From IMG/VR virus record IMGVR_UViG_3300021490_000001, positions 8,198 through 72,197 of that record: a stretch of DNA of 64,000 nt; one strand, written 5' to 3'. Below the pieces are notes generated by a model, which saw nothing but the letters and a program-made list of their open reading frames with translations, did no database searches and was not told the DNA's origin. This document shows, piece by piece, positions 19,019 through 26,800 of this stretch; position 1 is the first letter of the stretch; the number at the start of each line of letters is the position of its first letter. Position numbers and translations under genes: made by a program. The stretch comes from a virus.

Positions 19019-19836
19019 TTTAAATCCTCCTTTATACGATTCTGATTTGCATATCTTGTATTTGAATCGAGAGCTGCTAAGATCATGCGTGATTTGTAGA
19101 CAAAATCGTTAATTAGTTCCATGTTTTGTCGTACGCATGTTCCTCCAATATAGTTTGATTTAATGTCTGGTCTTAAGCCAAGAATCTTTTGCGTTTCCTC
19201 ACCAAACTCTCTAACTAATTTGTGGTTTATATTATATCTATTACAGATTCTTTCTGCTTCCTGTGCCCATGCTATTAAAATACCATATTGAGTTGTATCT
19301 AGAAGTTTAAGAATTTCTGTAACATAATGATGTGTATTGTGAACTGTCTTGACTTTTAATCCCATGCCTTCGAATATTTTTCTAGCTGATATTAATGCTT
19401 CCCCATCTCTACCTGAAATCCATTTCGTATACTGTCGAATATGTTCATTAATTAGATCATGCTGTCCCCTGACTGGTGAATGAACAACTTTAGCACTTGC
19501 TTGTTTTTCTAATTGCAGGCATGTTCCTGGAACTACAGTTGAGTTTATTATTAATAATTTTGGCTTGAATCGATTTGTATATTCAGTTACGATCCTTACG
19601 AATTTCCTGGAATAATGCAGGTTGATTAGTAATACATCTATTGAATCCACAGTCAAGGCATCAACTCCTGTGACTTCTTTCATAAGATCTGTTTTTAAAT
19701 CCAGACCATGGACTTCATATTGTCCGCTTTCTTTTGCTAAGTTATATAATGCAGCTCCTGTTACGCCTAATCCGATAAAAAGTAATTTCTTCATAATAGA
19801 TCTTCCTCCTTGATATTGAAAAAATATTGAATCCAA
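19015..19836 (-). CDS. UDP-glucose/GDP-mannose dehydrogenase-family protein, lacking the C-terminal domain
   Basis: IGLGVTG Rossmann motif, INSTVVPGT, SPVR, EILKL, IGGTCV; real start probably ATG at 19794. Confidence 0.8.
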   Translation of the reverse strand: MDSIFFQYQGGRSIMKKLLFIGLGVTGAALYNLAKESGQYEVHGLDLKTDLMKEVTGVDALTVDSIDVLLINLHYSRKFVRIVTEYTNRFKPKLLIINSTVVPGTCLQLEKQASAKVVHSPVRGQHDLINEHIRQYTKWISGRDGEALISARKIFEGMGLKVKTVHNTHHYVTEILKLLDTTQYGILIAWAQEAERICNRYNINHKLVREFGEETQKILGLRPDIKSNYIGGTCVRQNMELINDFVYKSRMILAALDSNTRYANQNRIKEDLN

Positions 19837-20045
19837 TTTGGTGTATTAAGCCAATAGTTAATAATATGTCTTTCGTTTTGAGATGTATCATGAGAATCAA
19901 ACGCTTTAATCCATTTGATAGCCTCTGCTTTTAGAGCTTCTTCAGTGATAGTATGATTCATACCACAGGTAGCGCATATGCTTCCTTCAATGCCTTGGTG
20001 CAGTTCGCAGCCAATTAAGTCATTTAATGTTTTTGGTCTTATCAT
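19791..20045 (-). CDS. hypothetical protein
   Basis: Translationally coupled within the operon; EAIKWIK...WIQYFFNI. Confidence 0.6.
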   Translation of the reverse strand: MIRPKTLNDLIGCELHQGIEGSICATCGMNHTITEEALKAEAIKWIKAFDSHDTSQNERHIINYWLNTPNWIQYFFNIKEEDLL

Positions 20046-20158
20046 TTTTCTCCTCTAATTGCAAGATCACTAAACCAATACTAGAAGATGCATCTAGTAT
20101 TAACTTGAACTGTTCGTTTGTTAATGGATACTCTGCATCTATGAATTCATTGAGATAA

Positions 20159-21112
20159 TCATAGATTCTTCGTAGTTCTAACATCATCAAGTAGTTTCTT
20201 GTACCTTTCTTTTGAGTTTTTCCAGTTGAAATATTCGACTTTGTCATAGGCATAGTCTATCACCTTTTGGTAAAATTCTCCATCTTCAGAGAGTTTTTTA
20301 AATAGAGATGTTATTGTTTTCACATCATATTGGTCTACGCTAGTATAAGGATAAAGAACCTGGTGAGAATATACCTTATCACATCCAACTAATGGAACCT
20401 GCAAGCAGGCAGCATCACATCCTATGCGTCCATACGAATAGCCATCATACGAATCGTAAATCCAATATGATTCCTTTAATAATTTTATAAAATCAGGAAA
20501 GGGCATATATGGAATTATGTTGTCATATAAGCATTTTGTGGCTCTGAAACGAGGATCTTCCTTTTCCATGTATCCTACGAGAGATAATGATTTATTCGAT
20601 TTATGCAAGTGGATCCATGGCATTAGTACATTGTTATCGTATCTATGGTATATAATCGAGATATGCTTGAATTTATTATCTGTGCCAAATCGTTTAAGCA
20701 AATGAGTTTCACAAGGATGAGGAATTAAATGTATTTTCCTATCAAGAATATGTTCCATTAAGTTTTTAGCTGTTGGAGTTGTAGCAAATATTCCATCACA
20801 GGAATTCACAGAATGCTTAAAGGCAAAAGGGTGCTCCATCGATTTAGTCCATAATTCAGGCGAATGATCATGATTTCCAATTAATATAGTAGAAGACCCT
20901 TTAAGGCGTTCTTTTATGTCAGAAAGCATCTGTATATCCATTGGATCCAGATTCACTTGTATGACATCATAATCTTCGAGATTGTCTTTGACTGTATTGT
21001 AATCTTTACAGTCGCCATTGAATAATTTAATCCATTGATAGCAACCAGTCATCGTTGGCTTTACATCTATAAGATTCTGGAATACCTTAAAAGCAGTAAA
21101 TAAATATTTCAA
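20159..21112 (-). CDS. glycosyltransferase (GT-B-like)
   Basis: YDVIQV, CDGIFATT, IHLIPHP, YSYGRIGCDAACLQVPLVG, FNWKNSKERY: GT4-like C-terminus. Confidence 0.75.
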   Translation of the reverse strand: MKYLFTAFKVFQNLIDVKPTMTGCYQWIKLFNGDCKDYNTVKDNLEDYDVIQVNLDPMDIQMLSDIKERLKGSSTILIGNHDHSPELWTKSMEHPFAFKHSVNSCDGIFATTPTAKNLMEHILDRKIHLIPHPCETHLLKRFGTDNKFKHISIIYHRYDNNVLMPWIHLHKSNKSLSLVGYMEKEDPRFRATKCLYDNIIPYMPFPDFIKLLKESYWIYDSYDGYSYGRIGCDAACLQVPLVGCDKVYSHQVLYPYTSVDQYDVKTITSLFKKLSEDGEFYQKVIDYAYDKVEYFNWKNSKERYKKLLDDVRTTKNL

Positions 21113-21249
21113 GATCTAGCCTCTTTGATTTTTTCTATGGTTACCTTTAGATAGTCGCCTTCGTCTATGTTATTCAGTGCTCGTATCGTATCAGGAATTC
21201 TGACTCGTTTGCCTTTTTGAAGTCTTGCATAAAATGTAGAATGTACCAT
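21109..21249 (-). CDS. AbrB/MazE-like DNA-binding protein (46 aa)
   Basis: Manual translation MVHSTFYARLQKGKRVRIPDTIRALNNIDEGDYLKVTIEKIKEARS; TTTATATA box about 25 nt upstream. Confidence 0.75.
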   Translation of the reverse strand: MVHSTFYARLQKGKRVRIPDTIRALNNIDEGDYLKVTIEKIKEARS

Positions 21250-21287
21250 AGATACTATTATGAATCTTAGATATATAAATCTAATGG

Positions 21288-21308
21288 AAAAAAAAGAAAA
21301 AAAAGAAG
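21288..21308 (-). terminator. poly-T terminator after the head operon
   Basis: Long A-run on the plus strand directly after the stop at 21314. Confidence 0.6.
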
Positions 21309-21313
21309 GGTGA

Positions 21314-21775
21314 TTAACCCTTCGTAAATTCTATTACTGCAGTTACCATAGATGCTGTTGTTACAGTTGGAACTTTTAGATAGAAACCTTCAGTTTCAGC
21401 TATCGAGATTGCAGTTGTAGCGGAGTTTGTTTGATACGTAGCATCTGCTGTTGTAGTTCCTGTGGCTGATAGTGCTACTGAAGTTGTTCCTGCTGCATTC
21501 TTTTTAACTAGATATGCATCTAGTTCAGAAACAGCTGTACCAGTACTTCGCCAGGTTACACCAAGCTTTGTGATTGTTATGGCTTCTCCAGGAATAAAGC
21601 AAGCTGCTTCTCCACCTAGAAATGTATCTGCTGCTGTTGGTGTAGCCAAGTTGAGTGCCATATAATGTTTTTTAACAGCAGTTACTACATCTCCAACACT
21701 CACGCTGTCATCTTCTAGTATACCTGCACCAATAGTTTTTTTATTTTGTAATGGTAGTTTTAGTACTCCACCCAT
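21314..21775 (-). CDS. putative capsid-associated or decoration protein
   Basis: Directly after the capsid gene; A/T-rich; GGTGA RBS. Confidence 0.55.
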   Translation of the reverse strand: MGGVLKLPLQNKKTIGAGILEDDSVSVGDVVTAVKKHYMALNLATPTAADTFLGGEAACFIPGEAITITKLGVTWRSTGTAVSELDAYLVKKNAAGTTSVALSATGTTTADATYQTNSATTAISIAETEGFYLKVPTVTTASMVTAVIEFTKG

Positions 21776-21784
21776 CTAAATCAC

Positions 21785-22681
21785 CTAGATGCCTGTTAAT
21801 GTGCATACTGCATCTGGTCTTACAACTGCTATGCCGACTCTTTCGAATGCCTGAACTTTTGTAGTGTGTTTATCTTGGTCATCGAACATGTTGATCGATA
21901 CGGGCATTGCTTCGCCTACTTGGTATGCTCCACCTGGTCCTCTCTTTAGGATTATAGCTGTATCTTCTGTGACTTCTGTGCATTCGATAATCTTAAGTCC
22001 CATGAAGAAAGGTAGTACTCCTGTGCTTACAGTTTTCTCAGTTAGACCATTCCATAGATTTTGGGAAACGATTGTGGTTAGTTCTTCTGCATTTGTTGGG
22101 TTAAGAAGAAGTGTGTCCGCTTCGTATCCTTTGTTTTTGATTAGTCTCTTTGCCCTGCGTATGTTTTGCACGGGATCAGCTGTTGTAGAGCTCCATACAC
22201 CTTTTGGATTAGCGTAAGTACTTCCTGCATCTGCAATCAATCGTGTAACGATTACACTGTCTTCTTTCTTTATGACTTTGGTTACAGCTTGTTTAGACTG
22301 AGCAGCCCTAATTGCTAGTTTTGATAGGTGGTCTGCTTCCCATGTTAGCTGGAATCCTTTACCATATTTCTTGATGTTCACTACGCTTTCTGTTGCATCT
22401 GCATCGTCATATACGAAGTCTGCTCCTTCGCCTACCTCTGTTGCATCGCCTAGATCAGAAAAAGGGTAAAAGTAATATTTGGTAGCTCCCTGATCTTTTA
22501 GTTTTTCGACCATACAATATTGTCGAAGTCGTGCTATGTCTTCTAGTTTTTCAATCGCTGCATCTCTGATTACTTCTGAAACCTTTCGCGGAATCGAATC
22601 AGTAGTTACAGTGAAGGAAAAGTCCTTTCTCTTAAGAGAGAAGCTTTTTTTCTCTGGAGTTGTATCTGTCATTTCATTCAC
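21785..22681 (-). CDS. major capsid protein (HK97-fold, inferred)
   Basis: EVGEGADF, KKYGKGFQLTWEA, DTLLLNP, FMGLKII, ERVGIAVVRPDAV; lies after scaffold and cement genes. Confidence 0.85.
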   Translation of the reverse strand: MNEMTDTTPEKKSFSLKRKDFSFTVTTDSIPRKVSEVIRDAAIEKLEDIARLRQYCMVEKLKDQGATKYYFYPFSDLGDATEVGEGADFVYDDADATESVVNIKKYGKGFQLTWEADHLSKLAIRAAQSKQAVTKVIKKEDSVIVTRLIADAGSTYANPKGVWSSTTADPVQNIRRAKRLIKNKGYEADTLLLNPTNAEELTTIVSQNLWNGLTEKTVSTGVLPFFMGLKIIECTEVTEDTAIILKRGPGGAYQVGEAMPVSINMFDDQDKHTTKVQAFERVGIAVVRPDAVCTLTGI

Positions 22682-22683
22682 CT

Positions 22684-23109
22684 CTACTGAAGCCTCAAGT
22701 CAATTACTGCAGTTGTATCTGTAGTAGTTGCTGGTATAACAACGGGTCCAAGATAGTCACCGCGTATTCCTATTCCTGCAAATGTGGTTCCATAGGTTGC
22801 AGCTACTGTTGCTAAGCTTGCTGTTGTGGCAGATAGGATCATCCTTGCTCCAGCAGTTGTTGCAGCACCATCTGCGGTTACGGTTACTTTAGCTAACCCA
22901 GAAGTCTGGACAGTTAGTTCTGCCGATTCTGCTGTCGAAGTTGTGTCCTTGCCCACTACGACTACACCAATTACTGAACCGGATACGCTTTCACCGACTG
23001 TTCCTGTTCCATTGTCTGCTAAACCGGAGCTGTATATCACTATACTTCCTGGAGTTATAGCAGATGTCGTTGAAGCGGAAGTTATTGTTATATTAGATGG
23101 TAGGGACAT
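22684..23109 (-). CDS. capsid cement or decoration protein
   Basis: VIGVV...LTVQTSGLAKV pattern; between scaffold and capsid genes. Confidence 0.65.
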   Translation of the reverse strand: MSLPSNITITSASTTSAITPGSIVIYSSGLADNGTGTVGESVSGSVIGVVVVGKDTTSTAESAELTVQTSGLAKVTVTADGAATTAGARMILSATTASLATVAATYGTTFAGIGIRGDYLGPVVIPATTTDTTAVIDLRLQ

Positions 23110-23738
23110 TAGTCATCACCCTCCGTTAGTTCTTTAAGTTCTTTTTTAAGATCGTCTGCCTTGAGACCAGCACTTTCTCTTGTTGATATTCTGGACTTTA
23201 GGTCTTTGATCTTAGACTCGATTTCTCCGGTTTTAGCTTTTTTGAGTTCTTTTCCTTTCAATGATGCTTTTCCGTCCTCAGTTTCCTCAATGGCTTCAAC
23301 TCTAGACTGAAGTGCATTAATTGCAGTAAGGTCTAGTTTCTGATACTCTTTTGCCATGTCGGTAGCTTTTTCCTTAGAATAGAGTTCTTTTTTTAGTTCG
23401 AGGTTTACGAGCTTGTTTATTTCTGCAGCTTTTTCTTTCTGCTCGTATTCACTGACTTTCTTAGAAAGTTCAGTTTTTTCTTCGACTAGGGAATCAACCT
23501 TTTCCTTTAGTTCTTTGATTTCATCCTCGTTTTCTTTTTCTTTTTCATCTTTTTTTGGTTTGGGATATCCTTCAGGATATGGGTATTCTTCTTTTTTCTT
23601 TTTCTTTGCCAAGCCCTCAATAAGAGCTGCTAGGTCTTTTTCGATTTTTGCCAGCCTGTCTTCTACGCTAGCAGAATCACTTCTAGGAGAATCTCCATCA
23701 GTGATCACATCATCGAATAGATCGTTTACGTTTGTCAT
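23109..23738 (-). CDS. capsid scaffolding protein
   Basis: Highly charged coiled coil with YPYP motif, upstream of the capsid gene. Confidence 0.7.
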   Translation of the reverse strand: MTNVNDLFDDVITDGDSPRSDSASVEDRLAKIEKDLAALIEGLAKKKKKEEYPYPEGYPKPKKDEKEKENEDEIKELKEKVDSLVEEKTELSKKVSEYEQKEKAAEINKLVNLELKKELYSKEKATDMAKEYQKLDLTAINALQSRVEAIEETEDGKASLKGKELKKAKTGEIESKIKDLKSRISTRESAGLKADDLKKELKELTEGDD

Positions 23739-23802
23739 GATTACATAACAAAGTGCAGACTATATTAATGCTAACATTCTCTGTGTCTCATTTATATAGG
23801 AA

Positions 23803-26800
23803 TTAGTACAGAATTGTGCATATGTCACAAGCTGGTTCCATGACTAATGCTGCATGTCCCCATCCTATAATCTTTATTGCTATTTCATTATTGGAATTGT
23901 CTTTGTAGGAATCTGTCCAGCAACGCATAGAGACGCCACGTATTTGTCTTGTGGCAAGCTGTTTATTTACTTCGCTGTTGGTTATCTTGAATTTTATTAT
24001 CATTGCTTTGAGATCATCGTCCCATCGAGAGCTAAGTATCTTGCCTACCTGATGGATTACATCATCCGAATGATCTCTTACTATATTAAGTCCATTTGGT
24101 TTTGGTGCATTCTTTACGACCTCCTCAGAATAAGTAATGCCATTCCATACTCCAGGAGCAAATCCTATTGCTTCCCATGTATCATTAGTTTCCTTGCTTA
24201 ATTCTCTTATTGTAAAGGAATGGCTTTGCCATGCTGTAGTCTTAGGAGCATCTGTATCTTTTTTTAGAATCCAAGTTTTGTTTTGTCTTGTGGCTGTATA
24301 TATTCCTTTAAGTTTCCCTGAAGTAAACTTAATTTGTTTAAGATCAGATGTGTCTTTCAATATAGTTGCTGTTCCACTTGTAAGTTTTCGTATCCATGCT
24401 GGTGTATTCTTAGTCCGATTTTCTGGATGACCTGGCTTCAGTTCGCCTGAATATGTGAACATATCTATATTTTTATCATGTCTTAATATTCCTGCCACTG
24501 TGTTTGTATCTATTAGATTGTGCTGTAGGATAAAATGACTGTATGTGTCTTTGCCTGGTTCTTTTATCCTTAAGTCATACACTTGTTTTGATGGACCTTT
24601 TCTTATTACGACTGGCCCTTTCCAATATCTATGCTGAAGGACATATTTAGCAGAGTTAGCATAATTTAAGGCATTTGTATTTATCTCATTAGAGAATCCG
24701 AAAGTGTCATTATCATTCGCTAACATCGAAACAGATCTACCTTTTGTTAATCTCTCTATCCATGATTCCAAATGAGGTTCAAGCTTAATTGATTCCTCGC
24801 TGAAATTCGTAATTAAGAGATTAGGTATATTATATTTTACTGCATTTTGTAAATTGGTTTTTAGGCTAGCAGTTTTGGCTTCTTGCGTCACAACATTTCT
24901 TGCATCTAGGATCAAGACATCTATGCCATTTCCTTTAAGTAATTCTTCATTTGAGTGATCTAATGCATAAGCGAATGAGCAAGGGCCTATATCTATTTTT
25001 AATGCAGTCGCTTCTTTGCCAATTGCTTCTATCTTAACTCCTGTAAGTGTTAAATGTCTATCAAATACATGGATCTCATTAGGATAGTTTAATCTTTTGA
25101 GTTCCGCTTCCATTTCCTTAGTCCCATAAATTGGGATGTCTATTTTATTCTTAAGTGCCCCAATATGTTTTGGGCTTATTCCTGTAAGGATTATTGCATC
25201 GGGATTGTCTTCTTTGAGTTTGCCTAAATAATCGATTCCTGCATTTATCCTAATTTTTATTTTATCTGTAGATAATAGCGCGCTTGTATTTAGTTTATGA
25301 GTTTTTGATTGCTTTCCTGAGCCTAAAGTACCATACCAGAAGATAGTAGCATTGGAGATATTATAGTCTATCAACATAGCTTTCTGTATAGGAAACGGTT
25401 GTTTCTTGATAGCATTAATCAGATCTAATCTTATTTGCTTTCTTTTACTTCGTTCATCATAATTCCAATACTGATATTGCTTTGGAATCTTAGATGCTAA
25501 TTTCTTAGGGATCGCTTTTATTCCTTTCTCTGGCACATAGTCTTTGTTTATACTTCTTAGTGTAAGCATATAAGGAGGAGAATTAGAAGGAAAACCCATC
25601 CATGTGAAATATCCTTCTGGTGTTTTTTTCCATTCGGATTTGTTCTCTAATTCTCTGAATGAGAACTTACCATTGAGTAACTTTCCATCGAAAAAGTATT
25701 CATGATATTGGCTTTTTTGCGCTCCATACTGCACAGTGCCTTTATCTACTATTATAAACTGTCCTGCTTCCTTTTTTGTTGCGCCTATTTCACCTGGTTC
25801 AACCCATCCTTCTGCAGTAAGCCATTCAATGGGTTCTACTTGTTTTAGCTTGCAGTTGAACTTAGTTAATGGATTGTGGAACTTGTCATCTACTATAGGT
25901 TTTATTTCTTTATTGTACAATTCTTTAGCATCTTCGAAGGAAGTAGCATCTCTTGAGAATCCTTTGGGAACAAATAAAGTATATCCTATTAGGTGTTTGT
26001 CGCTAAATTGTATGCGAAGATCGAGATGTACGCTACGCCCACGTGCGTGTGCGTGTATTACATAATTATACGTTTTAGATTCATCTGGTATTTTAAGGTA
26101 GACATCAGAGTAATCGAGTTTCTCTTCTGTTTTTTCCAGATCGAAGAGTGAACGCGCTGATTTTGGCATTCTCTTCTTTTCTTCTGTTCCTGTTGTTTCT
26201 TGAACTATTTCTTTTACTCGTTTGATAGAGAATGCATCTTCTTTTCCTCTATGTCTTATGACTCTTGGACTCCACCAGTTGAACCATAGTTTTCCTTTAT
26301 CATCATATTGTGATATTTCTACTACTATTACTTCTATTGTTTCTCCTTCTTTTGCGTCTATATTTGTATTAAATGTTCTGCCTATGTATGCTTCATCTTT
26401 AGGAGAACCAACAACACAGTCGTAGAAGAATGTATTTTCTGTGCCAGCTACTTTATGTTTCTTTTTTATTCTGGCAAAGATCGAAACTTCATTTTTATAT
26501 TTAAGGACTTTATCTGTCTTCCCATCAAAATCATAAATGTGTGAAGGCATCTTGATCATAGCTCCTTCGCTTCCTGGAAGTTTTGATTTCTTTTCTATTG
26601 CATTCCTTACATCATCAAGATCTTTAGCTATAATAGGATCTGTGTGAAATATATTTTTTCCCTTAAACTTGTAGATATATTCCAATCTTATGGAGTATGG
26701 CTCTTTAACTAATTCTTTTCCATTGAAATAAAGCGTATCGTATACATGCGCTTGGAGATATTTCTCATCTGGTGATACTTCTTTTGAATGAATAATGCCT

